This document shows, in pieces, positions 8,820 to 18,720 of a stretch of DNA of 64,000 bases. Numbering within the stretch: position 1 is the first letter of the stretch; each line of letters starts with the position of its first letter. A model generated the notes under the pieces. The model did not search any database. It had not been told where the DNA came from and worked only from the letters and a program-made list of their open reading frames with translations. This DNA comes from an uncultured Clostridia bacterium (lineage in GTDB: Bacteria > Bacillota > Clostridia > UBA1381): assembly GCA_934486495.1 (NCBI GenBank), contig CAKSPW010000003.1, forward strand, positions 2,050 through 66,049, written 5' to 3'. The position numbers were made by a program, and so were the translations under genes.

Positions 8820-8945
8820 TAAAATCGGAAAACAAGGCTCTGCCGAAGTACTGATGTTTGGCATTGTGTTATGAGGCGGAAAGAAATTGCGTGATTATCC
8901 GACGGCGGTAAACGAAATTTGAAACCGAAAAATTGATAATAATAC

Positions 8946-8974
8946 TTGACAAATCCATAAAACTATGCTACAAT
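8946..8974 (+). promoter_or_regulatory. Sigma-A promoter of tRNA-Gly (TTGACA-17-TACAAT)
   Basis: Hexamers at 8946..8951 and 8969..8974, 12 nt before the tRNA 5' end. Confidence 0.7.
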
Positions 8975-8986
8975 ATATAGGTAATT

Positions 8987-9060
8987 GCGAGCATAGTTTA
9001 GTGGTAAAACATGAGCTTCCCAAGCTTAGGTTGAGGGTTCGATTCCCTTTGCTCGCTCCA
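8987..9060 (+). tRNA. tRNA-Gly, anticodon CCC, encoded CCA
   Basis: Acceptor GCGAGCA/TGCTCGC, anticodon loop TTCCCAA, T-loop TTCGATT. Confidence 0.95.
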
Positions 9061-9064
9061 ATCA

Positions 9065-9113
9065 AAACACCGCATAAATACTTGCAATTCAAGTGTTTAT
9101 GCGGTGTTTCTTT
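9065..9113 (+). terminator. Rho-independent terminator after tRNA-Gly
   Basis: Long stem AAACACCGCATAAA...TTTATGCGGTGTTT followed by a T-rich tail. Confidence 0.8.
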
Positions 9114-9435
9114 GTCTTTATTTCCCGACAGTTCACCCGAAATGCCCCGAAAGCACATAAAAAAGTTGTCAGAAAAAGAGCGGCATATTTCAGCCGCCCT
9201 TATTTTACTCAAATCGTCCGGTTGCAAATTGTTCATACTGATATGAGTAGATGTTTTGTATTGCTGCGCTGCATTTGCTTTTTTTTGCGCGATTTTGTCG
9301 GAGAAGCGGCTGCGGTGCAAAAGGTGCTGACGGCGAGGATTTACATATAATTCCTCTAAATATCTGTATATAGGAAAATATGTACAAAAAAATATAGTGT
9401 TCGTTGCAAATTCCTATTTATATTTGATTATTCCA

Positions 9436-9464
9436 TTGACAATTTTAAAAAAAATAATTATACT
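9436..9464 (+). promoter_or_regulatory. Sigma-A promoter (TTGACA-17-TATACT) of the sugar ABC permease genes
   Basis: Hexamers at 9436..9441 and 9459..9464. Confidence 0.55.
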
Positions 9465-9513
9465 AAACTCGTAAGAAATTAAAATGAATAAAGCTGTCGA
9501 GGAGGAAGGAATA

Positions 9514-10473
9514 ATGAAAACAGCGCTTTTGCGTACAGAGCGCAAAAAAGAGAAAAGTATGAAAGGCTGCCTAAAAGAGCAGGCTGTACTTCAGTCAATG
9601 GTAATTCCGGGACTTATATTTTTGGTGATATTTGCTTACATACCGTTGTTCGGAATGGTTATCGCATTTCAGGATTTCGATTTGTTTGCGGGTGTGGCGC
9701 ACAGCCCATGGGTCGGATTGAAGCATTTTATTGCGTTTTTCACCGGTGACAGTTTTTGGACGTTAATGAAAAATACTCTTGGTATCAGCTTTCTGAAATT
9801 GATTTTCGGATTTCCGGCACCGATTATTCTCGCACTTTTGTTTAACGAAATACGAATGGAAAGGACGAGGAGAGTATTCCAGACGGTAACGTACCTGCCG
9901 CACTTTATTTCATGGGTTGTGGTTGCGGGAATGCTCAACAGTTTGCTTGCCGTGGACGACGGAGTAATCAACAGCATACTGATGAAATTAAACGTAATAA
10001 AAGACCCTATCAACTTTTTATCGGAGCCGAAATATTTTTGGACTATTCTCGTTTCGGCAAACATTTGGAAAACGGTAGGCTTCAACGCAATAATTTTCAT
10101 TGCCGCCATTGCCGGAATTAACCCCGAGCTTTACGAGGCTGCATCTATGGACGGAGCGAGCCGGCTTCAGCAAATGTTTATCGTAACACTGCCGTGTATT
10201 ATACCGCAGATTATGATTATGCTTATTATGAACATTGCTCAAATTCTCAATGCGGGCTTTGAAGATATTCTTCTGTTGACAAACAACGGCGACAACTCAA
10301 TATTGCTTGAGGTAGGCGATGTTATTGACACATATGTATACAGATACGGTGTTAAGCTACAGAGATATTCTTACGGTACGGCGGTAGGATTGTTTAAATC
10401 GGTAGTAAGCGTTTCAATGCTGTTCGTTGCTAACAATATATCAAAACGGCTGACCGAAAGCAGCTTGTGGTAA
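9514..10473 (+). CDS. Carbohydrate ABC transporter permease (LplB/YtcP-like)
   Basis: Binding-protein-dependent transport inner-membrane component (EAA-like loop YEAASMDGASRLQQMFIVTLP). The start at ATG 9514 follows GAGGAGGAAGG, whereas the track start 9484 would have no RBS. Confidence 0.85.
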   Translation: MKTALLRTERKKEKSMKGCLKEQAVLQSMVIPGLIFLVIFAYIPLFGMVIAFQDFDLFAGVAHSPWVGLKHFIAFFTGDSFWTLMKNTLGISFLKLIFGFPAPIILALLFNEIRMERTRRVFQTVTYLPHFISWVVVAGMLNSLLAVDDGVINSILMKLNVIKDPINFLSEPKYFWTILVSANIWKTVGFNAIIFIAAIAGINPELYEAASMDGASRLQQMFIVTLPCIIPQIMIMLIMNIAQILNAGFEDILLLTNNGDNSILLEVGDVIDTYVYRYGVKLQRYSYGTAVGLFKSVVSVSMLFVANNISKRLTESSLW

Positions 10474-10487
10474 GGAGGAGAAGATAG

Positions 10488-11381
10488 ATGAAACGTTTAG
10501 CAACATCAGATAAGATATTAATTTTTACGGCATTTTTGCTTATGGGCATTCTTTGTCTGACAATTTTGCATCCTTTTTGGAATCTCATAGTAATCTCTTT
10601 CAACACAAGTGCGGATACGGCGCGCGGCGGTTTGACTTTCTTCCCGCGAGTATTTACGCTGGAGAACTATGCAAAGGTGTTTGCGGATAAGCGACTTGTC
10701 AGAGCGTTCGGAGTGACGGTGTCAAGAACAATTATAACTACTGTGACAAGCACACTGTTTACCGCAATTTTTGCTTACGGACTTTCACGCAGGGAGCTGA
10801 AGTTTCGAGGAATTTACGCAAAGTTTTGTACTATAACAATGTATTTGTCGGCAGGTCTTATACCTACTTATATATTAATTCAAAAGCTGCATTTGATAAA
10901 CTCATTTTGGGTTTATGTAATACCAAATCTCTTTTCGGTTTGGAACATGATTATCTTCAGATCGTTTTTCGATAATTTGCCGGACGGACTGATTGAGGCG
11001 GCTAAGATAGACGGAGCGGGAGAGTATAAGCTGTTTTTCAGGATTGTTTTGCCGGTATCTAAACCGGTTGTGGCTACGCTTGCGCTGTTTACGGCTGTTA
11101 ATCAGTGGAATGCATGGTTCGACGGAGCTATTTACGTTAACGACCCCAATTTGATGCCTTTGCCGACATTGTTGCGACAGATTATCAACACAAATGCGGC
11201 AAGTCAGCTTTTGGCGCAGATGTCAGGTACGGCGGCGGAGATGATGCAGGATAAGATGATATCAACTCGTTCTTTGTCAGCCGCAACCATGATGGTTTCG
11301 GTAATCCCGATTATAGTGGTTTATCCGTTCCTTCAAAAATACTTTGCAAGCGGAGTTATGCTTGGTTCTGTTAAGGGTTAA
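10488..11381 (+). CDS. Carbohydrate ABC transporter permease (LplC/YteP-like)
   Basis: Loop IEAAKIDGAGEYKLFFRIVLP, 6 TM helices and RBS GGAGGAG. Confidence 0.85.
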   Translation: MKRLATSDKILIFTAFLLMGILCLTILHPFWNLIVISFNTSADTARGGLTFFPRVFTLENYAKVFADKRLVRAFGVTVSRTIITTVTSTLFTAIFAYGLSRRELKFRGIYAKFCTITMYLSAGLIPTYILIQKLHLINSFWVYVIPNLFSVWNMIIFRSFFDNLPDGLIEAAKIDGAGEYKLFFRIVLPVSKPVVATLALFTAVNQWNAWFDGAIYVNDPNLMPLPTLLRQIINTNAASQLLAQMSGTAAEMMQDKMISTRSLSAATMMVSVIPIIVVYPFLQKYFASGVMLGSVKG

Positions 11382-11639
11382 CGGCAGGAAAAGAAGAGCG
11401 CTGTTTTTGTAAATGGTGCGAAGATGGTTGCAGGTTTATAAAACCGCAAAAGGAAGTTAAAAAATTCGGCAATGAAATATATTTATCTTTGCCGTATTTA
11501 TAGAGTTAATGAAGGCTTTGGCAAATGTAATGCTTATCTCGAAATGCTGCTTTTTCGGATTTGGAGAAGCAGCTATCGGTGTTAAATGTTATATACCGCA
11601 TAAAAAGCTTTTAATAATTATGACATAGGAGGCGTAAAC

Positions 11640-13262
11640 ATGAAAAAACAAGTTTGGAAAAATGGTGTTGCGATTTTGCTTGCCGGTTCGTTTGCCGTTA
11701 TTGCGGCGAGCTGCGGAAAGCCGGCACAGAACAACGCATCAACACCCGTAGGGGATTTTAAGTTCGGCGAGGATGAGCTTTCATTTACCTGGCACGACAA
11801 TTCCGATACGGCGGCGGCTACCATATGGGCGGATACAAGTATCCCCGAGAAATGGATTAAGGAAAACAAAAAGGTGAACATCAAGTATACGGATCCGGGA
11901 GGTGCGGCTGCGGAGAAGCTGGCAACAATGATTGTATCCGATTCATTCCCCGATGTTATAACAATGCTTCGCGGGCAGGATACCGCAAAGCTTATTTCAT
12001 CGGGAAAGATTGTTCCGATTAATGATTTCATGGAAAAATACACCGTGATGAAGAACGATTTGATGGATTCCGGAGTATTTAAAATGTTTGCACAGCCGGA
12101 CGGAAAGATTTATGAAATTCCGAACTGGGCAAATGCGGCAGGCAAGCCGAACGGTAATAACGGTTGGGTTGTAAATACAAAATTCTACAACGAGCTTGGA
12201 CGACCGGAAATTAAAACTTTGGACGATTTCTATAACTACCTTAAGGCTGTCAAGGAAAAATACCCGGATGTAATCCCGTACGAAACTACGGACGTATTCC
12301 AGGGAGAAAGATATGTTTTGGCGGCAATGGCAGAGAATATGCCTCCCGATATGCTGAACTATTTTGCTTATACTGACAACGACAGCATGAAGTCTATCTT
12401 TAAGCATCCGGCATATCGTGAAACAATGTTGTTCTTAAACAAGCTGTTCAGGGAAAAGCTCATGACTCAGGACGCTTTTTCACAGACAGCCGATCAGGTT
12501 AAGGAGAAATTCGCAAATTGTAAGGTTGCACTTACAACGTCGGCTATCGGCGCTTGCGAAAATACAAGAGAAGACCTCAAGAAGCTCGGTGCGGATTGGG
12601 AAACAATCACTCCGCCGATGAAACAGGGACTTGACCGCTCAAAAACATATTCGCAGGGCTATGACAGAATGGGATGGACAGAGATTCTGATTACAAAGGA
12701 CGCTAAAAATCCTGAGGGAATATACGCATATCTTGATTGGCTGTATTCTCCGGAAGGACAACGTTTGTTCAGCTACGGTCCGCAGGGAATGTACTATGAT
12801 GAGGTTACGCCTGAGGGATATCCTGTTTTAAAGGAAAACTATTTTGAAGCACCGAACCCGGGCAAAGAACTGACCGGAAACGGTTCGGGCGCAGGACTTG
12901 GTAATACATCGTATGTTGACGGAGCAGGTATTTTCGTCAACGAACAGGCTCCGGAGAACAAAAAATCATGGGGCAAGAAACAGCAGTTGACAAACATATG
13001 GCCCTATGCTAAGGATATCAGCGAATTTTCAGGCATTATTCCGGATCAGTCAACAGATGAGGGAATTATTTATCAGACGGTAACCGACCTTCATAAGCGT
13101 GCACGTGCAAAGATGTTGTTTGCTGCCGATGAACAGGAGGTTAATATGCTTCTTGATAAACTCATTGAGGATACCGATAAGGCGGGAATGGATAAGCTTC
13201 TTGCCTCGGAAGAGAAAACCTGGAAAGAAAACAGAAATAAGTTAGGGAATAATAAAAAGTAA
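11640..13262 (+). CDS. Extracellular solute-binding lipoprotein (LplA-like, large family-1 SBP)
   Basis: Lipobox VIAASC after an N-terminal signal sequence. It is 540 aa, the size typical of LplA-type oligosaccharide binders, and is adjacent to the permeases. Confidence 0.8.
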   Translation: MKKQVWKNGVAILLAGSFAVIAASCGKPAQNNASTPVGDFKFGEDELSFTWHDNSDTAAATIWADTSIPEKWIKENKKVNIKYTDPGGAAAEKLATMIVSDSFPDVITMLRGQDTAKLISSGKIVPINDFMEKYTVMKNDLMDSGVFKMFAQPDGKIYEIPNWANAAGKPNGNNGWVVNTKFYNELGRPEIKTLDDFYNYLKAVKEKYPDVIPYETTDVFQGERYVLAAMAENMPPDMLNYFAYTDNDSMKSIFKHPAYRETMLFLNKLFREKLMTQDAFSQTADQVKEKFANCKVALTTSAIGACENTREDLKKLGADWETITPPMKQGLDRSKTYSQGYDRMGWTEILITKDAKNPEGIYAYLDWLYSPEGQRLFSYGPQGMYYDEVTPEGYPVLKENYFEAPNPGKELTGNGSGAGLGNTSYVDGAGIFVNEQAPENKKSWGKKQQLTNIWPYAKDISEFSGIIPDQSTDEGIIYQTVTDLHKRARAKMLFAADEQEVNMLLDKLIEDTDKAGMDKLLASEEKTWKENRNKLGNNKK

Positions 13263-13496
13263 AAAAACAGTAGAAATATATTGAATTTCATGTTATAATA
13301 AAAGCGGATAAACACCGATTTACGCATTGTGTCATGTATGGCTGCGGTCAGGCTCGCACGCAAAATGGCAGAGTCTGACCGAAAGCGGTATATTGACAAA
13401 AACTTGTGGGGCGACTGTTCTCTATGTCAAGACATCGGTGAGTGAAATTGAAATTAGGAATACAAAAATCCTATGACGCTATGAGGAGGAAACAAC

Positions 13497-15221
13497 ATGA
13501 AATGGAGGAAAACTCTAAATAACAGTTACAGTACAAAGCTGATTTTGTTTTTTACACTGCTGAATTTCTTTTGTATTTTGTTGTCAAGCACAAGTTTTTA
13601 TTTTTTACTTCGTAATCAAGTGTATGACAACTATGCGGTATCTGTTGACGATACGGCGGCGCAGGTTTGTTCTAAGATAGACAGAAAGATGGACGAGATT
13701 AAGCGAATTGCGGATATGTTTATCTTTGATCAGTCATTCCATGCGGCTGTGGGAAAAGAATACAAAGGACTTGAACGGCAGGATTTCCTTAACGACTATC
13801 TTTTGCCTAAGGGTAAGACAGCATTAATCCTCAGCGATATGCATCTTGTCTTAAATTTATATTTAAATAATACAAGCATACCCGAATACTATTACAGACG
13901 TTCAAGTGACGATATTGCAATTCATCAAAAGAATTTCGGAGTAATGCATACCGACAGAATTTTAAACGAACCGTATTACAAGGAGCTGTATTCAAATCCG
14001 AATTTTGTAGAGTGGAAGCAAACGGATGATGATGCAGAATTTAAAACGGTTTCCCTTTTGGCAAAGCTCAGTAATTTTTCTTCAAATAAGGACAACGGAA
14101 TGCTTCGTATTACAGTCAGTCTGGATGAGCTTTTCGGTGACACTGTGCCTGAGAATTTTCAACAAGAGGTTTACTACTCCGTTATTGACCCCGCCGGAAA
14201 AGAAGTTTATACAAACCGGGACAGCCGGGAAAACAATGAATTTCGTTTTAATGCGGAACAGAAGCTTGCAAACGGAGGATACACAATCAAACTTTCAATG
14301 CCTCACAGTAACATCAGCAAGGGCTTGTTAGCCGTTTCACGCAACGTCGGCTTAATTGCTTTGTTCTGCTTTATACTTGCTTTCTTAATAGCGCTTGGCT
14401 TCAGAAAAATTCTTTACCATAATATCGACAGCATCGTCGACGGGATAAGAGAGTTTCAATGCGGCAACTACGAGGCGCGCATCAGCGATATGGGTTCGGA
14501 TGAATTCGCCGCTATTGCCGACGCCTTTAACGCTATGGCGCAAAGCATGGAACATCTTGTAAATGACGTGTACGAGGTAATGATTCAAAAACAGGATGCG
14601 GAGCTTCAAATGCTTCAAGCAAAAATCAACCCCCATTTTATGTATAACATATTTAACATCATTTCCCAACTCGCAAGTGCGGGTAAGGATGAGGATATTA
14701 TAAAAATTGCACGTAAGACCTCCGGTTTTTACCGCCGTGCACTGTCCAAGCGTACCGATGGCAACAGCCTTGAGGACGAAATCGCTATTTTGGACGATTA
14801 TTTTGATATAATCGATATACAGCGCCCCGGTGCGGTACAAAAGCGATATGAGATAGAGCCGGGTACGGAGGTATGCCTGATGCCGAACTTCATTCTTCAG
14901 CCAATCGTGGAAAATGCGGTTAAGCATGCTATGGTGGACGGAAAAATCGAAATTACGATTCGTGCCCGCCGTGAGGGAGCGGATATGCGAATTACCGTTT
15001 CAGATAACGGAATAGGTATGACGCCCGAACAGGCAGATGAGATTTTTCAATTCCGACCGGGCAGCGGTTACGGATTGTATAACATCAGTGAGAGAATCAG
15101 ACTCAGGTATTCTGATACAAGGTATGATATTACCTGCGAGAGCCGGTATGGACACGGAACGGACATAATACTTGTTCTTCCCTTTAAGACGCAATCGGAC
15201 GAGGAGGATGAAAATGTATAA
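13497..15221 (+). CDS. YesM-type sensor histidine kinase (2 TM, HAMP, His_kinase, HATPase)
   Basis: HAMP region then QAKINPHFMYN (H-box of the YesM/LytS-like class). The ATPase part has ENAVKHA and VSDNGIGM. Confidence 0.85.
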   Translation: MKWRKTLNNSYSTKLILFFTLLNFFCILLSSTSFYFLLRNQVYDNYAVSVDDTAAQVCSKIDRKMDEIKRIADMFIFDQSFHAAVGKEYKGLERQDFLNDYLLPKGKTALILSDMHLVLNLYLNNTSIPEYYYRRSSDDIAIHQKNFGVMHTDRILNEPYYKELYSNPNFVEWKQTDDDAEFKTVSLLAKLSNFSSNKDNGMLRITVSLDELFGDTVPENFQQEVYYSVIDPAGKEVYTNRDSRENNEFRFNAEQKLANGGYTIKLSMPHSNISKGLLAVSRNVGLIALFCFILAFLIALGFRKILYHNIDSIVDGIREFQCGNYEARISDMGSDEFAAIADAFNAMAQSMEHLVNDVYEVMIQKQDAELQMLQAKINPHFMYNIFNIISQLASAGKDEDIIKIARKTSGFYRRALSKRTDGNSLEDEIAILDDYFDIIDIQRPGAVQKRYEIEPGTEVCLMPNFILQPIVENAVKHAMVDGKIEITIRARREGADMRITVSDNGIGMTPEQADEIFQFRPGSGYGLYNISERIRLRYSDTRYDITCESRYGHGTDIILVLPFKTQSDEEDENV

Positions 15222-15972
15222 TATGCTGATTTGCGATGATGAACCGTATGTTTTGGATTTGTTGAAAGAAAACATTGACTGGGAGCAGTACGGTGTTCGG
15301 GTAGGCGGTACTGCTATAAACGGTCAGCTTGGTTTGAATGCCTTTCAGATGGAACATTTTGATATTGTACTTGCAGATATAAAGATGCCACTGATGTCCG
15401 GTGTGGAGATGGCGAAACAGATGCGAAAAATCGACGACCGTGTGCAGATTATTTTTCTGACAAGCCTCAGTGAGTTTGAATATGCGCAGAGTGCTGTAAA
15501 TATCGGTGCCTGCGGTTATATCCTTAAGCCTTTCAGAAACAAGGAATTAATATCCGCCGTGCAAACAGCGGTTGCGCGGTTAAGCGGCGGCAGAGAACAG
15601 CTCGGAGCAGAAGATGAGTCTTCGGAGCAGGAAGAAAATGCAGATTTCATTGTAGAAAATGTCAACGAGTACATTGCGGAGAATATCGGAAAAAAGCTTT
15701 CGGTAAAATCAATTGCGGATCATTTCGGATATTCGCCGAATTACCTGGGGCATTTGTATCATAAGCACGCAGGGTGCTATATCGGAGACCAGATAATTAA
15801 GATAAAAATGGAAAGAGCAGTTGAAATGCTTAAAATTTCTCAAAACCAAATCGGATTCATTGCGGAGCGATTGGGATATGGGGATTATGCTTATTTTATC
15901 AAGCAGTTTAAGGAGTATTACGGAGAGACGCCGAAAGCGTTTCGTGACAACAGTACTCGCAGGAAGAAATAG
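15214..15972 (+). CDS. YesN-type response regulator with AraC-family HTH output
   Basis: MYNMLICDDEPYV receiver domain and a C-terminal AraC HTH (GYGDYAYFIKQFKEYYGETP). The ATG follows GAGGAGG and the gene overlaps the HK by 8 nt. Confidence 0.85.
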   Translation: MYNMLICDDEPYVLDLLKENIDWEQYGVRVGGTAINGQLGLNAFQMEHFDIVLADIKMPLMSGVEMAKQMRKIDDRVQIIFLTSLSEFEYAQSAVNIGACGYILKPFRNKELISAVQTAVARLSGGREQLGAEDESSEQEENADFIVENVNEYIAENIGKKLSVKSIADHFGYSPNYLGHLYHKHAGCYIGDQIIKIKMERAVEMLKISQNQIGFIAERLGYGDYAYFIKQFKEYYGETPKAFRDNSTRRKK

Positions 15973-16025
15973 CAATACGGAAAATTGTAAAGTTATAAAA
16001 CATGATAAATAAAGGAATGTGTAAT

Positions 16026-18707
16026 ATGAAAAAAATATGTAGTATTATATGCGCGGTTTCGCTTATGCTGAGCGCGATTATTGTCCCTGTAAGCGCAGCG
16101 CAAAGCAAAGACGAGGTAAAGCAGCAGCAGAATGAGCTGTTGTATCAGCTTGGCATTGCAAACAGCGCCATGCAGGGCCGTGCATCTTTGACGAGAATAC
16201 AGGCGGTTGATATGGCTTTGGCCGCAGCCGGAGCAAATCTCCAGTCGGCAACGGGATTGTTTACGGATGTTGCACCGGGCAGTTCATATGCCGCAAGTGT
16301 GGAGACTGCATATCGAATGGGACTTGTCAATGGCTACCCTGACGGAACATTTCGTCCGGATGCAGGTGTTTCGTATGGCGAAATGGTAAAGATAATGCTT
16401 TCTGTTTGCGGCTATTCCGGCTATGCGCAGATGCGCGGTGGATATCCTGTGGGCTATTTGCAGACGGCACGTGAGGAGCGCCTTTTGAATAATGTAAGAC
16501 TTGACAGCGCAGAACAGCTCTTAACGGTACAAGAGGGAATGACGCTTGTTTACAACGCTTTGCATATAGACCTTATGGTACTCGATACCGTCGGCGCAAA
16601 TGAAAGCGGCTACAAAATTCGCAAGGGATATAACCTTTTGGAGCGTGTGTTTAAAATTGAGGTCGTAAACGGCATTGTTACGGCTAATATGCTGACATCC
16701 TTGTATGACGCTTCGGGAACTGTTGCAAGCGGATTGGCGGTAGACGGAAGAATTATGAGCGCAGACAGCAAGTGGGGGCGTTATCTCGGTTACAGAGCCG
16801 ATGTGTATGTTGACGATAGCGAAACGGTTTGCTGCGTAATACCTACAAAGCACAATCGCACAGTTTCTTACTTGGGTGATGACACGGTGAAGGCAGATAA
16901 TGTCAGCGTTGAAGCATATGTCGGAAATCCCGAAAGTGTGCAGCGATTTAAGCTGGCAGACGGTGCAAGCTATTTTAAAAACGGCGTGTATGTGGCAAGC
17001 TTTGGAACTCAGATAGTAACGCCCGACGAATTATGTAAACCTAATGTGCGTTATGTTTTATTGGATAATAATGATGACGGTGTTTATGACTGTATATTTG
17101 CGGAGGTTTATGAGTATTTTCAGGTTAAGTCGGTTGATTTGGGAAAACGCTGGATTTACAATAAAATTGACGGCAAAACAATAGAGCTTGAAGATGGCGA
17201 TACATTCGCTTACCTTGACGGCAGAGAGTTACCGCTTGACAAGCTCCAGTACAATTCGGTTGTAGGTGTTAGACTGCCGGACGGCGTAACTCTCGATGAC
17301 AAAAGAGATTATGCTTTGGAATTTGTTGTTGTGGACGGTGTTGTCAGCGGAAATGCCACAGTCAACGGCAGCGGAGTTGTATACATCAGCGGAATGGAAT
17401 ATGAAATCAACCCGGCATACGGCTTAAATGAAGATAATATCGGAGGAAAGAGCGGTTCGTTCTATCTTGACGCCTGCGGAAAGCTTTTGTTCCATGAGAG
17501 CTATGATGTGGGAGCGGAAAACCGATATGCGTACATATCAAAGTTGCTTGCAGACCCCGATGATGAGGACGTGTGCAGAGCTAAAATTCTCTTGCAGAAT
17601 GAGGGATATTGCATAAAAGAAATATCCTCGGGTGCTGCTTTGGTTATGGACGGCGAGGCGGTAACATCTGGCGGAAAAGCCGTAAAAGGTCCGAGAGATA
17701 TGTATGCCGCCAAGGATATGATTACAGATAAAATTATAAAAGTACAAATAAACGTTGAGGGTAAAATTTCCCGTATTGAGCTTGCGTCAATGATTCCGGC
17801 GGAAGAACGCGGCGAGGACAACGACTTTAATTATACACCGGCAAAGGAATACAAGACCCGCGGCATAATACTCGATGATATTTACAGGCTTTCGAAATCG
17901 GCAACGGTATTTACTGTTCCCGAGGACGGAGTGGATGAGAAGATATTCCGAATTTCCACCCTTGAAGAAATCAGCAAAGATGAGAACTTTACATGCGAGA
18001 TTTATGAGATTGACAGAAGCTACACGGCACATCTTGCACTTGTTCGTCAGGCAGATGCATCGCAGGCAAAGGTTAGCAGTGAAGACTCGATATTTGTCGT
18101 AAAATCTGTCGGAACGGCTTTAAACAGCGAAGGATATGTTACCGTTTGCATTACCGGTATACAGAGCGGCGCCGAAAAGAAGATAATTTTCCGTGACGCA
18201 GATGCAAAAGCTCGTGATTGGCTTAACAATCCTACCGGAGTCAGACCTGTTCGCCGTGATATTCGTGCCGATCAACTGAAATTCGGTGACATTATACAGT
18301 ATACTATGACAGACGGTGAAGTTCAGGCTTTCCGTGCAATGTATCTGAATCCAGAGTATAACGAGCAGGGCGAATTAATTCGCGGTGACGGAGAATTTGC
18401 ACATCAGGGCAGTGATGATTATGAAGAAATCTTCGAGTGGGCAGGCTTGCAGTGGCCGTTCGTTGTTAAGTCAATGCTGTTTGTCAACGGAAAAGTTACG
18501 CTTAAAGACAGCGAATTCTTTAGCATGGACATCAAGGGTTATAAAAAGAATGTATTTGAATCCGGAGTCGGCAATGTGTATTACGTAGCCGGCGATAATA
18601 AGAATGTTAGAGCAATATCGTTTAATGACCCTGATTTTACGGCCGGAAAACGTGTATTTGTAACATTTGTTTGGGGAAAAGAACGTGATGTAGTTGTTTA
18701 TGAGTAA
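16026..18707 (+). CDS. Secreted cell-wall-anchored protein with N-terminal SLH repeats and ~700 aa of unassigned sequence
   Basis: Signal peptide MKKICSIICAVSLMLSAIIVPVSAAQS. SLH motif: FTDVAPGSSYAASVETAYRMGLVNGYPDGTFRPDAGVSYGEMVKIM. Confidence 0.7.
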   Translation: MKKICSIICAVSLMLSAIIVPVSAAQSKDEVKQQQNELLYQLGIANSAMQGRASLTRIQAVDMALAAAGANLQSATGLFTDVAPGSSYAASVETAYRMGLVNGYPDGTFRPDAGVSYGEMVKIMLSVCGYSGYAQMRGGYPVGYLQTAREERLLNNVRLDSAEQLLTVQEGMTLVYNALHIDLMVLDTVGANESGYKIRKGYNLLERVFKIEVVNGIVTANMLTSLYDASGTVASGLAVDGRIMSADSKWGRYLGYRADVYVDDSETVCCVIPTKHNRTVSYLGDDTVKADNVSVEAYVGNPESVQRFKLADGASYFKNGVYVASFGTQIVTPDELCKPNVRYVLLDNNDDGVYDCIFAEVYEYFQVKSVDLGKRWIYNKIDGKTIELEDGDTFAYLDGRELPLDKLQYNSVVGVRLPDGVTLDDKRDYALEFVVVDGVVSGNATVNGSGVVYISGMEYEINPAYGLNEDNIGGKSGSFYLDACGKLLFHESYDVGAENRYAYISKLLADPDDEDVCRAKILLQNEGYCIKEISSGAALVMDGEAVTSGGKAVKGPRDMYAAKDMITDKIIKVQINVEGKISRIELASMIPAEERGEDNDFNYTPAKEYKTRGIILDDIYRLSKSATVFTVPEDGVDEKIFRISTLEEISKDENFTCEIYEIDRSYTAHLALVRQADASQAKVSSEDSIFVVKSVGTALNSEGYVTVCITGIQSGAEKKIIFRDADAKARDWLNNPTGVRPVRRDIRADQLKFGDIIQYTMTDGEVQAFRAMYLNPEYNEQGELIRGDGEFAHQGSDDYEEIFEWAGLQWPFVVKSMLFVNGKVTLKDSEFFSMDIKGYKKNVFESGVGNVYYVAGDNKNVRAISFNDPDFTAGKRVFVTFVWGKERDVVVYE

Positions 18708-18720
18708 GGAGGATTACAAG

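Noticed and set aside
8895-9350. 141-aa, 93-aa and 85-aa ORFs around tRNA-Gly
   Set aside because: They run across the tRNA gene, its promoter and its terminator. They have no RBS and an implausible composition.
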